This document shows positions 10,275 through 21,396 of a stretch of DNA of 64,000 nt, one piece after another. Both the position numbers and the translations under genes were made by a program. This stretch comes from Armatimonadota bacterium (GTDB lineage Bacteria > Armatimonadota > UBA5829 > DTLH01): assembly GCA_039680575.1 (NCBI GenBank), contig JBDKSP010000088.1, forward strand, positions 12,417 through 76,416, written 5' to 3'. Positions within the stretch are counted from its first letter, which is position 1, and each line of letters opens with the position of its first letter. Under the pieces are notes generated by a model, which had not been told where the DNA came from, made no database searches, and was given only the letters and a program-made list of their open reading frames with translations.

Positions 10275-12365
10275 ATGATAGGTAAAAAACCACGTGTCGG
10301 TTCCGCCCAAGAATTGGACAATCTGTGCATAAATACCATCCGTTTTCTATCGGTCGATGCTGTGCAGAAGGCAAACAGCGGGCATCCGGGGTTGCCTCTT
10401 GGCGCAGCACCGATGGCTTATGTCCTGTGGGACAGATTCATGAGGTATAACCCGGCAAACCCTGCTTGGTTCAATCGTGACCGGTTCATTTTGTCCGCGG
10501 GGCATGGCTCTATGCTGCTCTATAGCCTGCTTTACCTCACCGGTTATGACCTTCCGCTTGAGCAGATAAAGCAGTTCAGGCAGTGGCATAGCATGACGCC
10601 GGGACACTCGGAGAACGTTGCACCGGGAGTAGAAGTGACCACTGGCCCGCTCGGACAGGGGTTCGCAAACGGTGTGGGACTTGCTATTGCGGAGGCTAAC
10701 CTGGCTGCGCGGTATAACCGCCCGGGGTTCGATATAGTGGACCATTATGTTTATTCGCTCGTAAGCGATGGCGACTTGATGGAAGGCATTTCATCGGAAG
10801 CGGGCTCACTCGCAGGGGAACTCAAACTCGGCAAGCTGATATATCTTTATGATAACAACCATATCACGCTTTCTGCTTCCACCAAACTTGCCTTTACTGA
10901 GGACCGCAGGAAGAGATTTGAGGCCTTTGGCTGGCACACTATCACAGTCGAGGACGGCAACAACCTTAATGCAATAGATAATGCGTTAAGAGAGGCACGC
11001 GAACAGAAAGACAGTCCCTCCTTGATCCTTGCAACTACCCACATCGGTTACGGGTCGCCTAATAAGCAGGATACTGTCGAAGCTCATGGCTCTCCGCTTG
11101 GTGAAGAAGAGGTCGAACTGACCAAAGAAAACCTTGGCTGGCCTGTTGAGCCTGCGTTCTATGTTCCGGATGAGGCGCTCGATCACTTCCGGCAGGCTGT
11201 GGATCGTGGGAGAAATTACGAAGACGAATGGAACAGGAAAATGGAGGATTACGAAGAGTCTTTTCCAGATCTTGCGGAAGAACTGCGTGGAATGATCGCG
11301 GGCAAGTTGCCGGATGGCTGGGACTCCGATATTCCCGCATTTCCACCTGATACCAAGGGGATGGCGACCCGTGTGGCCTCCGGCAAGGTGATGAATGCCA
11401 TTGCGCCGAAACTTCCTTTGTTGATCGGCGGTTCGGCGGACCTGAACCCATCGACGTATACAGCGCTCACAGGACTGGGGGATTTCCAATCGCCTGATAC
11501 TGCTGATGGCAGTGCGCAGGGCGCAGTTGGTGGCGTCTGGAGCTACGCCGGACGCAATATTGCTTACGGTGTTCGAGAGCATGCAATGGGCGCTATCTCG
11601 AACGGTATTGCTGCACATGCAGGACTCCTGCCGTTTTGTGCTACATTCCTGATTTTTGCCGACTATATGCGCCCTTCGATGCGGCTTGCCGCGCTTTCCA
11701 ATGACCATGTGATCTATGTGCTGACTCACGACAGTATCTGGCTCGGAGAAGACGGCCCGACGCATCAGCCGGTGGAGCAACTCGCTAATTTGCGGGCGAT
11801 TCCACGAATGGTAGTCATTCGTCCATGTGATGCCAATGAAACAGTTGTAGCGTGGAAGGTGGCGATTGAGACACGGGACAGACCGGTTGCGCTTATCCTG
11901 ACGAGGCAGAATGTTCCGACACTGGAGAGAGGAAAATACGCTTCCGCTGATAACCTGAGGCGCGGGGCGTATGTTTTGTCCGACCCGCCGAACGGCGAAC
12001 CCGATATAATCCTCATTGCAACAGGATCGGAAGTAAACCTGATAGTGCAGGCGCAGGAGAGACTGTTTCAGGACGGTATAAACGCGCGCATAGTGTCCAT
12101 GCCGAGTTGGGAACTCTTCGATAGAGAACCCCAGGATTACCGGGACTCTGTGCTGTCTCCATCAGTTACAGCCAGACTCGCGGTTGAGGCTGGTTCCCCG
12201 CAGGGTTGGTGTAATTACACCGGCGATAAGGGGGATGTGATCGGTCTGATTCACTTTGGAGCGTCGGCTCCGGCGGATAAAATCACGCGGGAGTTTGGTT
12301 TTACTGTAGAAAACGTCTATGAGTGCGCGAAGCGTCTGGTAGACGGCAGCGGAAGGAGAAAATGA
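10275..12365 (+). CDS. tkt: Transketolase
   Basis: [16 protein letters not shown] motif [36 protein letters not shown] before ATG 10275. Confidence 0.96.
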   Translation: MIGKKPRVGSAQELDNLCINTIRFLSVDAVQKANSGHPGLPLGAAPMAYVLWDRFMRYNPANPAWFNRDRFILSAGHGSMLLYSLLYLTGYDLPLEQIKQFRQWHSMTPGHSENVAPGVEVTTGPLGQGFANGVGLAIAEANLAARYNRPGFDIVDHYVYSLVSDGDLMEGISSEAGSLAGELKLGKLIYLYDNNHITLSASTKLAFTEDRRKRFEAFGWHTITVEDGNNLNAIDNALREAREQKDSPSLILATTHIGYGSPNKQDTVEAHGSPLGEEEVELTKENLGWPVEPAFYVPDEALDHFRQAVDRGRNYEDEWNRKMEDYEESFPDLAEELRGMIAGKLPDGWDSDIPAFPPDTKGMATRVASGKVMNAIAPKLPLLIGGSADLNPSTYTALTGLGDFQSPDTADGSAQGAVGGVWSYAGRNIAYGVREHAMGAISNGIAAHAGLLPFCATFLIFADYMRPSMRLAALSNDHVIYVLTHDSIWLGEDGPTHQPVEQLANLRAIPRMVVIRPCDANETVVAWKVAIETRDRPVALILTRQNVPTLERGKYASADNLRRGAYVLSDPPNGEPDIILIATGSEVNLIVQAQERLFQDGINARIVSMPSWELFDREPQDYRDSVLSPSVTARLAVEAGSPQGWCNYTGDKGDVIGLIHFGASAPADKITREFGFTVENVYECAKRLVDGSGRRK

Positions 12366-12835
12366 TGCTTTTAGGAATTGCAGTAGACCATGGGGGGTTC
12401 ATCCTGAAAGACCGGCTGGTCCAGGATCTGGAAATGGAAGGCCATGAAGTAATCGATTTTGGTGCAGAAGAGTTAACGCCGAATGATGATTTCCCAGACT
12501 TCGTCATACCGCTCGCAAGAGCCGTCGCAAAGGGAGAGGTAGAGCGGGGAATCGCTCTATGCGGAAGCGGTGTCGGGGCGGCAATTGCAGCGAACAAGAT
12601 CCCAAATGCCCGGGCGGCGCTCGTGACTGACTGTTTTTCCGCTCATCAGGGAGTGGAAGACGACGATATGAATATTATCTGCCTGGGCGGGCGTGTAACC
12701 GGATATAATCTTGCGCTTGATCTGATAATGGCCTTTCTGAACGCGCGCTTTGTCGGCGCTGAGCGTTTCTGCCGCAGGCTTGCAAAGATAGCCGATGTGG
12801 AGTGTGACAGATACGCGAACATGGATATGAATTAG
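12362..12835 (+). CDS. rpiB: Ribose-5-phosphate isomerase B family
   Basis: DHGG, CGSGVG..IAANK, N..CLGGR; ATGA overlap with tkt. Confidence 0.9.
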   Translation: MMLLGIAVDHGGFILKDRLVQDLEMEGHEVIDFGAEELTPNDDFPDFVIPLARAVAKGEVERGIALCGSGVGAAIAANKIPNARAALVTDCFSAHQGVEDDDMNIICLGGRVTGYNLALDLIMAFLNARFVGAERFCRRLAKIADVECDRYANMDMN

Positions 12836-12909
12836 CGATGATCGGTCTTGGTGTGATGGGCGGCAGTCTCGTGCAACATGTCTGATATGGGCACAGGGTA
12901 GCCGGCGAC
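12826..12909 (+). pseudogene. gnd: 5' remnant of 6-phosphogluconate dehydrogenase
   Basis: Reads [16 protein letters not shown] / NMSD (shifted frame) / GHRVAG, matching the Gnd N-terminal Rossmann start (IGLGVMG.NL.LNM.DHG..VAG); in-frame TGA at 12883; rest of gene absent. Confidence 0.7.
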
Positions 12910-13046
12910 GGACTCTATAGCTGTTGCGGTATTAATAGCTTAATTGAATGGTACAACCTTTCCCGCTGCAAAAGCGGAAGCATCTGAGAGCTGTTTTTGG
13001 GCAGTACCCTGTGGGTAAAGAAAACACTAAAAGGAGGGAAACCATC

Positions 13047-14510
13047 ATGTCAGTTCAAGTTCAGGTAGAGCGGCTTCCAATAAGGATCGAGCCTGATCCA
13101 AGGCATGTGCTTTCCCGGTTTTTCCCAGCGGATGAGCAGCAGACCCGCAGGCGAATCTCCCGTGTGATAGCTCTATCGGAAGACGATACAGAACGCATTC
13201 TGTCGCAGTTAGTTGAGCAGTATACCGGCGAGCATTACGACATTACTGCAGTCTGGCAGGAGAATTTTCACCGCGTTGAGTCTATGCTGCCGGAAAACTG
13301 CCCTAGTTTGAGCCAGGCTCGGCAGCAACTCATCGGTGCTTACTTCACAATGGACTATGCGGTCGAAGCAGTGGCATTATTTAACCCATCTATCGTCGAA
13401 GCAATAGACCAGAGTGGCATGAGCCCAGGCTCAACGCGTTTTGGAATGAGTCTCAGGGCTGTCGGTGAGGGACATGTATCATCTATCGTAATGCGAAACG
13501 GCGTGATTGACGCCGACAATAACATCACGCTGGATAGACCATCTGCGACTCGCCGTGCGCTTGTGGAGGAAGTCAATCCTGAGTTTCAAACAGCACTGAT
13601 CCGGCGCACACTCCAAAATTTGGGAGCGTTGGGCAATCTGGAGGAACTGGTCTTGGACCGATCTGGTGAAATGGTGAGTCTGGCCGAAGTCTACAGCGAA
13701 CTTGAACGCGTGCGGGAGGAGGTTTCCTCACCTGCACAGTGGCAGCAGGCAAGAGACAACCTCGTCTCTCTCATGGAATCAAACTACAGGCTGAAGATCC
13801 CGGAAGGCGCGGGCTTGTCGGAATTGGTGATCTTTCCGGTCTCACAGAACGAGAGCCGCGGCATAGAAGACTTGCGGTTGGTGAAATTCACCGAAGACAG
13901 TGGTAATGTCACCATCTGCGGGACCTATACAGCCTTTAACGGATACACCATTTTCCCGACGATGCTGGTCGTCCGTGGAAACGGGAGCGTGCAGAGCCAC
14001 ACAATGTCCGGACGCCACGCACAGAACAAGGGAATGGCGCTTTTCCCCAGAAAGATCAACGGTAAATTCGTAATGTCCGGGCGGCTCGATGGGGAGAACC
14101 TCTATATTATGGAGTCGGATAACCCTCTGGTATGGAACGAGGGCCGAATATCGCAAAAACCGAAGTACTGGTGGCAGTTTTCGGTGATTGGCAACTGCGG
14201 TTCACCCATCGAAACCAAAGACGGGTGGTTGATGCTCACTCACGGAGTCGGGCCGATGCGGCAGTATTCTATTGGTGCTGTGCTCCTTGATCTCGAAGAC
14301 CCGACACGGATCATCGGAGAACTTGAGGAGCCGCTGATCTCGCCGTCGGAAGATGAGCGCGTGGGTTATGTGCCCAATGTTGTGTATACATGCGGCGCTA
14401 TGGTGCATAACAGTTCGCTCATCATTCCTTATGCAGTCAGCGATGTAGTCACCAAGTTTGCGCGAGTGGACCTGGAGGAACTGCTCTCTGCGCTCCGTTC
14501 ACATGGGTGA
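13047..14510 (+). CDS. GH130-family glycoside hydrolase/phosphorylase with N-terminal extension
   Basis: LFNPS, GIEDLR, TYTAFNG, NKGMALFP, GNCGSPIET..GWL..THGV, GYVPNVVY.CG; AGGAGG RBS before ATG 13047. Confidence 0.8.
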   Translation: MSVQVQVERLPIRIEPDPRHVLSRFFPADEQQTRRRISRVIALSEDDTERILSQLVEQYTGEHYDITAVWQENFHRVESMLPENCPSLSQARQQLIGAYFTMDYAVEAVALFNPSIVEAIDQSGMSPGSTRFGMSLRAVGEGHVSSIVMRNGVIDADNNITLDRPSATRRALVEEVNPEFQTALIRRTLQNLGALGNLEELVLDRSGEMVSLAEVYSELERVREEVSSPAQWQQARDNLVSLMESNYRLKIPEGAGLSELVIFPVSQNESRGIEDLRLVKFTEDSGNVTICGTYTAFNGYTIFPTMLVVRGNGSVQSHTMSGRHAQNKGMALFPRKINGKFVMSGRLDGENLYIMESDNPLVWNEGRISQKPKYWWQFSVIGNCGSPIETKDGWLMLTHGVGPMRQYSIGAVLLDLEDPTRIIGELEEPLISPSEDERVGYVPNVVYTCGAMVHNSSLIIPYAVSDVVTKFARVDLEELLSALRSHG

Positions 14511-14606
14511 AATAACTTCAACAATTCATGGATGAGAGCAGCCATAATAAGGGTATAGATTTGTTTGTGTGACAGCAACCAAATTTACATAGATAGGAGC
14601 AGGTAA

Positions 14607-17018
14607 ATGGAGACAAAAACAAAAAAAAGACAGGCTCTGGCGGGGCCTTTGACAGAAGACGAACTGAGAAGAATGAATGCCTACTGGCGTGCTGCAAACT
14701 ACTTATCAGTAGGCCAGATCTATCTGATGGATAATCCTCTCTTGAAGAGGCCTTTATCCATTAAAGATGTCAAACCGAGGCTTTTGGGACATTGGGGAAC
14801 CACTCCGGGGCTGAATTTTATTTATGTTCACCTCAATCGGCTCATCAAGGAGCGCGACCTGGACATGATCTATCTCTGTGGACCCGGACACGGTGGCCCT
14901 GGAATAGTCGCCAATGTCTATCTTGAGGGCACATACAGCGAGGTCTATCCTGAGGTATCGCAGGATGAGGATGGTATGAAGAGACTCTTCAAGCAGTTTT
15001 CTTTTCCTGGCGGTATCCCGAGCCACGTCGCACCGGAGACACCGGGTTCCATTCATGAGGGAGGCGAACTTGGCTACTCGGTTTCTCACGCATTTGGAGC
15101 GGCATTCGACAATCCCGACCTGATAGTAGCATGTGTTGTGGGCGATGGAGAAGCGGAGACTGGTCCGCTCGCCGCTGCATGGCACTCCACCAAGTTCCTT
15201 AACCCTGTGTCCGATGGTGCGGTGCTGCCGATTTTGCATCTGAACGGATATAAGATCAACAACCCTACCATACTTGCAAGAGTAAGCGAAAAGGAACTTG
15301 AGGACCTGTTCACAGGCTATGGTTATAAGCCATATTTCGTTGAAGGTTCTGATCCGGCTGCAATGCATCAGAAGATGGCGCAGACCCTGGAAGAAGTCAT
15401 CTCTGAAATCAAGACGATACAGCATGAAGCCCGCATGAGCGGCGAAGCTGAACGTCCATTCTGGCCTATGATTATTCTTCGCACTCCTAAAGGGTGGACA
15501 GGGCCAAAGGAAGTGGATGGTAAGAAAACTGAGGACTTCTGGCGCTCTCATCAGGTGCCGATGGCCGATATGGTCGAGAAACCGGAACATGTCAAGGTGC
15601 TCGAAGGCTGGATGAAGAGCTATCATCCCGAAGAACTCTTTGACAGCAACGGCAAGCTATTCCCTGAGATTGCTGACCTGGCGCCTAAGGGACAGCGGCG
15701 GATGGGTGCAAACCCTCATGCTAACGGAGGCGTATTGCTAAGAGATCTCAAGATGCCGGATTATCACGATTATGCCGTGGATGTTCCAAGTCCGGGTGCT
15801 GTGGATGGTGAATCCGCCAAAATAGCGGGTGCGTTCCTCCGGGATGTAATGAGGAACAACATGTCCAATTTCCGTGTGATGGGGCCCGATGAAACAGCGT
15901 CAAACCGTTTGAGCGCTTTGTTCGAGGTGACTGACCGGACATGGATGGCTGATATATATCCTTATGACGATCATCTTTCGCCTGACGGACGGGTAATGGA
16001 GATTTTGAGTGAAACCACCTGCGAAGGATGGCTGGAAGGGTATCTTTTGACCGGAAGACATGGTCTTTTCAACTGCTATGAAGCGTTCATCCACATCGTG
16101 GACTCAATGTTCAACCAGCACGCGAAATGGCTCAAGGTGTCCAAGCACATTCCATGGCGAAGGCCGGTAGCGTCGCTTAACTACTTCCTGGCATCTCACG
16201 TCTGGAGGCAGGATCACAACGGATTTTCGCACCAGGATCCGGGGTTTATAGACCTTGTGGTGAACAAAAAGGCGGATGTTGTCCGTGTATACCTTCCACC
16301 AGATGCCAACACACTTCTGTGTGTTACCGACCAGTGCCTGAGAAGCCGCGATTTTATCAACGTGGTTGTAGCCGGGAAGCATCCTGCCCCGCAGTGGCTC
16401 GATATGGACGCAGCTATCAAGCATGTTGCATCAGGAATCGGAATATGGGAATGGGCATCGAACGATAAGGGAACCGAACCGGATGTTGTGATGGCCTGCG
16501 CGGGAGACATACCGACCATGGAGACGCTTGCTGCGGTTGACATACTCCGAAAGAATCTGCCTGACCTGAAAATCCGCGTTATAAATGTGGTTGACCTGAT
16601 GACGCTTCAGCCGAAAGAGGAACATCCGCATGGTCTCTCGGACAAGGACTTCGACAACCTGTTCACAACGGATAAACCGATCATATTTGCCTATCATGGC
16701 TATCCGTGGCTGATACACCGGCTGGCTTACAGGCGGACTAATCACAAGAACCTGCATGTCCGAGGTTACAAGGAAGAAGGTACGACCACGACACCGTTCG
16801 ACATGCTTGTTCTAAACGATATGGACAGGTATCACCTGGTGAGCGACGTGATCGACAGAGTGCCGAAGCTGGGATATCTGGCAGCATATGTCAAGCAGAT
16901 GCTGAGAGACAAGCTGGTCGAGCATAAAGAATATATCACACAGTATGGAGAAGACATGCCGGATATTCGCAACTGGAGATGGCAGCGAGAGATAGGTGAG
17001 ACTGAGAATTTAGATTAA
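14607..17018 (+). CDS. xfp: Xylulose-5-P/fructose-6-P phosphoketolase
   Basis: [57 protein letters not shown]. Confidence 0.95.
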   Translation: METKTKKRQALAGPLTEDELRRMNAYWRAANYLSVGQIYLMDNPLLKRPLSIKDVKPRLLGHWGTTPGLNFIYVHLNRLIKERDLDMIYLCGPGHGGPGIVANVYLEGTYSEVYPEVSQDEDGMKRLFKQFSFPGGIPSHVAPETPGSIHEGGELGYSVSHAFGAAFDNPDLIVACVVGDGEAETGPLAAAWHSTKFLNPVSDGAVLPILHLNGYKINNPTILARVSEKELEDLFTGYGYKPYFVEGSDPAAMHQKMAQTLEEVISEIKTIQHEARMSGEAERPFWPMIILRTPKGWTGPKEVDGKKTEDFWRSHQVPMADMVEKPEHVKVLEGWMKSYHPEELFDSNGKLFPEIADLAPKGQRRMGANPHANGGVLLRDLKMPDYHDYAVDVPSPGAVDGESAKIAGAFLRDVMRNNMSNFRVMGPDETASNRLSALFEVTDRTWMADIYPYDDHLSPDGRVMEILSETTCEGWLEGYLLTGRHGLFNCYEAFIHIVDSMFNQHAKWLKVSKHIPWRRPVASLNYFLASHVWRQDHNGFSHQDPGFIDLVVNKKADVVRVYLPPDANTLLCVTDQCLRSRDFINVVVAGKHPAPQWLDMDAAIKHVASGIGIWEWASNDKGTEPDVVMACAGDIPTMETLAAVDILRKNLPDLKIRVINVVDLMTLQPKEEHPHGLSDKDFDNLFTTDKPIIFAYHGYPWLIHRLAYRRTNHKNLHVRGYKEEGTTTTPFDMLVLNDMDRYHLVSDVIDRVPKLGYLAAYVKQMLRDKLVEHKEYITQYGEDMPDIRNWRWQREIGETENLD

Positions 17019-17043
17019 CACAGCAATTCGGAGGGTTGGTCAA

Positions 17044-17661
17044 ATGGCATCGACGGATGTAAAGGCTTTTCTACTGGACATCGGAGGAGTACTCCTTACA
17101 AAAGGCTGGGACCGGGATGCGCGTAAGCGCGCTGCAGCCAGGTTCAGTCTCGATATGGAAGAGATGTCGGAACGGCATAATGTCGTTTTTCAGACTTATG
17201 AGACAGGCCGCATTTCACTGGACGAGTATCTGCGAAGAATTGTGTTCTACAAGGAACGTGATTTCTCGCCTGATGAGTTCAAGGAGTTTATCTTCGAGCA
17301 GTCGCAGCCGTATCCGGAGATGATTGACTTCACTAAACGGATAAAAGCGAAATACAACCTGAAAACGGTTGCGCTTAGTAACGAAGGGCGGGAGATCACT
17401 ATGCACCGCATCAAAAAGTTCGATCTCCCGTCCATTCTGGACTTCTTCGTCTTCTCATGCTTTGTGAGGACCAGAAAACCTGACCCGGCAATATACAGTT
17501 TTGCCATGGACCAGGTTCAGTTGGATATGCATGAAGTTGTCTATATTGATGACACTCCGATCCTTTGTGAAGTAGCTGTAGAACTCGGCATACCAACGAT
17601 ATGCCACTCCGATGTTGCTGCCACAAGGGCGGAGCTGGAAAAATACGGTTTGACATTATAG
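17044..17661 (+). CDS. HAD-superfamily hydrolase
   Basis: DIGGVL motif I, LSN, RKPD, YIDD. Confidence 0.85.
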   Translation: MASTDVKAFLLDIGGVLLTKGWDRDARKRAAARFSLDMEEMSERHNVVFQTYETGRISLDEYLRRIVFYKERDFSPDEFKEFIFEQSQPYPEMIDFTKRIKAKYNLKTVALSNEGREITMHRIKKFDLPSILDFFVFSCFVRTRKPDPAIYSFAMDQVQLDMHEVVYIDDTPILCEVAVELGIPTICHSDVAATRAELEKYGLTL

Positions 17662-17714
17662 ATTTTCGGCTACAGCCGAAAATATTTTGTTAGGTTGGTG
17701 CAAAGGAAAAGGCT

Positions 17715-19088
17715 ATGAGTATGAAACAGATCGATTCTTCGATATTCAGAGCTTATGACATAAGGGGTACGTATCCCGACCAACTGAATGAGGATGTAGT
17801 GTACCACGTGGTGCGGGCTTATGCAGAGAAACTGAAGCCTAAACTGGCGGTAGTTGGCCGTGACATGAGGTTAAGCAGCCCCAGCCTGACGGAGCAGGCA
17901 ATACAGGCGCTTTTAGACGGTGGGAGCGATGTTATCGATGTCGGATTGACCACTACCCCGATGTACTACTATTCTGTAAATGTTTTGAACGCCAATGCAG
18001 GGGTTATGGTTACAGCTTCTCATAACCCGAAGGCCTATAATGGGCTGAAGCTCACCGGCCCTCTGGCTACGCCGTCGATTGACTATATCAGTAACGATGA
18101 CCTGTATAAAGATGCAAGCGCAGCCGATTTTGAGACTCCCAGCAAGCCCGGCAGGATCATAGATAGAACCAGCATGATAGACCGCTACACGCGTGATGTG
18201 CTTGAGGCAAGTGGGATAAATAAATTTGGTGGACTGAAGCTTGTAGTGGATGCTGGAAACGGTATGGATGGAATCGTGCTTCCCGAACTCTTCAAGAACG
18301 CTGATTGCGAGGTTATACCGCTTTATTGGGACCCTGATGGGAATTTTCCGAACCATGAGGCTAATCCTCTGAAGGAGGAGACTCTCGACGACCTCAAGCA
18401 GAAGGTGCTGGAAACGAAGGCGAACCTTGGAATCGCTTACGATGGTGATGGGGACCGTGTAGGCTTTGTTGACGAGACTGGAAAGCACATTCCGGGTGAC
18501 ATTGTGACTGCTATTCTGGCAAAAACGATGCTCAAAGAGAAGCCGAGGGCGGAGATTATCTATGATGTCCGCAGCAGTTGGTCTGTGAAGGAAGAAATCG
18601 AAAAAGCCGGCGGCAAACCTGTTATGTGGAAGGTCGGCCACGCCCTAATCAAGAAGAAAATGCGCGAGATAGGGGCTTATTTCGGTGGAGAACTCTCCAG
18701 TCACTACTATTTTCAAAAGTTCTACATCACCGATAACGGTGATCTTGCAATGCTTACCATGCTGAAGACCATTCTGGCTGAAGGTAAGCCGCTTTCCGAA
18801 ATCGCGAAACCGATCATGCGCTATTTCCACAGCGAGGAGATCAATTCGAAGGTAGCTGACCCCGCGGCGAAAATCGCGGAGGTGAAAGAGTGCTATCAGA
18901 ATGGAAGAATAATCGAATTGGACGGAATGACCATTGAGTTTGATGACTGGTGGTTCAACCTGCGGCCGAGCCAGACCGAGCCGGTCCTTCGCCTGAATGT
19001 GGAAGCCAAGACTAAGGACCTGCTAGAATCCAAAGTGTCGGAGATTCTGGGCATAGTCCGCGCGGTCCCGGCAAAAGTCTCATCCTAG
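17715..19088 (+). CDS. Phosphomannomutase/phosphoglucomutase
   Basis: FRAYDIRG, TASHNP, DGDGDR, GELSSH, RPSQTEP.LRLNVE. Confidence 0.92.
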   Translation: MSMKQIDSSIFRAYDIRGTYPDQLNEDVVYHVVRAYAEKLKPKLAVVGRDMRLSSPSLTEQAIQALLDGGSDVIDVGLTTTPMYYYSVNVLNANAGVMVTASHNPKAYNGLKLTGPLATPSIDYISNDDLYKDASAADFETPSKPGRIIDRTSMIDRYTRDVLEASGINKFGGLKLVVDAGNGMDGIVLPELFKNADCEVIPLYWDPDGNFPNHEANPLKEETLDDLKQKVLETKANLGIAYDGDGDRVGFVDETGKHIPGDIVTAILAKTMLKEKPRAEIIYDVRSSWSVKEEIEKAGGKPVMWKVGHALIKKKMREIGAYFGGELSSHYYFQKFYITDNGDLAMLTMLKTILAEGKPLSEIAKPIMRYFHSEEINSKVADPAAKIAEVKECYQNGRIIELDGMTIEFDDWWFNLRPSQTEPVLRLNVEAKTKDLLESKVSEILGIVRAVPAKVSS

Positions 19089-20245
19089 CCCATCTGCCGT
19101 TTGAACCGGCGCATGGCGCCCAGGAATATGACTGAACCAAGCGCGAGCATGATGAGAATCTGCTGCCAGAGGATTTGTAATCCTGCACCCTTAAGCAGTA
19201 TACCGAAAACGATGTTCAGATAGTAGTAAGTCGGCTGAATATACATAACGGCTAGAAGCGCCCCCGGCATAGCTTCCGGGGGCGTAAACTTACCTGACAG
19301 GTAGATCATCGGAGTGAGAAGCATAATGCTTAAGAGTCCCACCTGGGCAAGATTCCGGCTGATTGAAGCTATAAATACCCCGATTCCGGTCATCGAGAAA
19401 ACGTATATTGCCGTAATGAAGAAAAACAGAAGGAGACTTCCCTTCATCGGGACATGAAACATCGGCCCTATTACTATGAATAGACTGAGACAGCAGCCTA
19501 TGATGATCGCGAGTGTCATGGAGATGACTTTAGGCAGAATAATCTGGAGCGGGCTTAACGGTGAGACTGTAAGCTGCTCTATCGTTCCTCGTTCCTTCTC
19601 TCTCACCATCGCTGCAGCCGGAAGAAGGAGCGCCAGCATCGTTATTACCTGGATTAGCTGGCAGACTGACTGAAACCAGGAGTCCAGCACATTCTGGTTG
19701 AACCATATGCGGTGGTTATCTATCAAACCTGGCGGAAGACTGCTTGATGACGGAGCTATTCCGATACTTTTGAGTCCATAGGCTTGACCCAAGGGGGCCA
19801 TTACCATCGAGGAGTATCCTTCTACAATTTCAGCAATGCTCGAGTTGCTGGCGTCCAGTTGGAGTTGCACCGAATCCGGATCGCCTCGGAGCAGTGATTG
19901 CTCGAACTGTGGAGGTATATCGAGAACCGCCATCACTCTCCCCGAATCCAGCAGATTTTGTCCTTCACGTGAACCCGATATGACGCCATATGATGAAAAC
20001 CACGGTTCCTGGAAGCTGTAGATAAGTTCCCGTGATGCCTGCGACCGGTCGTTGTCGATAAAAGCTATCGGCGCGTGCTCTATCTGCATCGAAACTGAAG
20101 TCCCCGCATTGCGTACTCCAAGAATGAATGCGTAGACCAGGATCAGCATCAGGATAGGGTCTCGCAAAAACTGCAAAACTTCCTTGTAAGTCATAACACT
20201 CAGACGGCGCATCCAGCTTTTCCAAGTATCTATTAAAAGGCTCAT
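19085..20245 (-). CDS. ABC-2 exporter permease (YbhR-like)
   Basis: KE..QF.RD, VREKERGTIEQL.VSP, multi-TM; start at ATG 20245 overlapping the upstream stop. Confidence 0.88.
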   Translation of the reverse strand: MSLLIDTWKSWMRRLSVMTYKEVLQFLRDPILMLILVYAFILGVRNAGTSVSMQIEHAPIAFIDNDRSQASRELIYSFQEPWFSSYGVISGSREGQNLLDSGRVMAVLDIPPQFEQSLLRGDPDSVQLQLDASNSSIAEIVEGYSSMVMAPLGQAYGLKSIGIAPSSSSLPPGLIDNHRIWFNQNVLDSWFQSVCQLIQVITMLALLLPAAAMVREKERGTIEQLTVSPLSPLQIILPKVISMTLAIIIGCCLSLFIVIGPMFHVPMKGSLLLFFFITAIYVFSMTGIGVFIASISRNLAQVGLLSIMLLTPMIYLSGKFTPPEAMPGALLAVMYIQPTYYYLNIVFGILLKGAGLQILWQQILIMLALGSVIFLGAMRRFKRQMG

Positions 20246-21396
20246 GTTTTTGTCCTCTTGTGAAATCTGAGGTAGCTGATCGAAAAGAGTACAGCAGAAA
20301 ATACAAGCAAAACCAGGACATTGGTCCAGAGTTGCGCAAATCCGGTTCCTTTCAGAAAACAACCTTCAACTATTCGCGTAAAGAACATGCACGGGAAGAG
20401 GTGCGCAATCTTCTGGCCGCCTGGTGATAGTGACCCTACCGGCACCATAACCCCTGAGAAATTGACGGCTGTAATCTGAGTAATGATTGCAGTGAAGATC
20501 ATGGCAGCCGCTTGTGTCGTCATAAGAGTCGATATTGCAAGCCCGAGGGTGCAGGTGCTGATAACATAGACCAGCATAGAGAGCAAGAAGAAGAGTGGCG
20601 ATCCCTTGAACGGCGCACCAAAGACAATCAAGGCTATCAATAGAAGCACTATTCCGTTTAGGAATGCGATTCCGATGTACGGAATCAGCTTCCCGATGAG
20701 GTATTCGCCACGGGTCAAGGTCGATGCATACACGTTGAAGATCGACCCGGTTTCCTTCTCCCTTACAACGCCTAAAGCCGTCAAAAGTGGTGGCACCATA
20801 TAGAGAATCAGAACGAGCAGCCTCGGCGCCAGTCCCAAAACGCTCTTGATTGCCGGGTTATACAGATACCTGGTGTTGACTTTGACAGGCTGCACTGCTA
20901 TTTTCGCCCGATCAAGAGGGACTCCGGCTATCCGCGATATATATTGCGCCAGCAGATTCGCGTTCATAGCGCCGATAATCGACGAAACGTACCCCTTAGT
21001 GATCTGCGCCCGGCTCGTATATGTGCCATCCAGGAGCGTCTGCACAGGAGCAGGCCGTCCCTTGTTCACATTCTTGCCGAAGTCCTTCGGGATGATTATC
21101 ACCGCTCGAATTATGTTGTTTTGAAGCAGCGGGTCGAGTTCGCGGTCGTCATAAGCAATCCACACAAGATCAAAGTAACGTGAACTGGAAAAGCGGCTGG
21201 CGAAATCACGGCTTTCGGGAGTGTTGTCATTGTCGACAATGGCAATCGGTATATGCTCGACATCCATTGAGAGGCAAACTCCGAGAAGGAGCATCAGAAA
21301 CGATGGCAGCACAAAGGCCAGGACGGCGAACAGCTTGTCGCGTGCTACCTCACGGAACTCCTTATACGAAACGGCAATGATTCTGCGAATATTCAT
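20242..21396 (-). CDS. ABC-2 exporter permease (YbhS-like)
   Basis: KEFRE..RD, VVREKETGSI, GKLIPY, multi-TM. Confidence 0.88.
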   Translation of the reverse strand: MNIRRIIAVSYKEFREVARDKLFAVLAFVLPSFLMLLLGVCLSMDVEHIPIAIVDNDNTPESRDFASRFSSSRYFDLVWIAYDDRELDPLLQNNIIRAVIIIPKDFGKNVNKGRPAPVQTLLDGTYTSRAQITKGYVSSIIGAMNANLLAQYISRIAGVPLDRAKIAVQPVKVNTRYLYNPAIKSVLGLAPRLLVLILYMVPPLLTALGVVREKETGSIFNVYASTLTRGEYLIGKLIPYIGIAFLNGIVLLLIALIVFGAPFKGSPLFFLLSMLVYVISTCTLGLAISTLMTTQAAAMIFTAIITQITAVNFSGVMVPVGSLSPGGQKIAHLFPCMFFTRIVEGCFLKGTGFAQLWTNVLVLLVFSAVLFSISYLRFHKRTKT

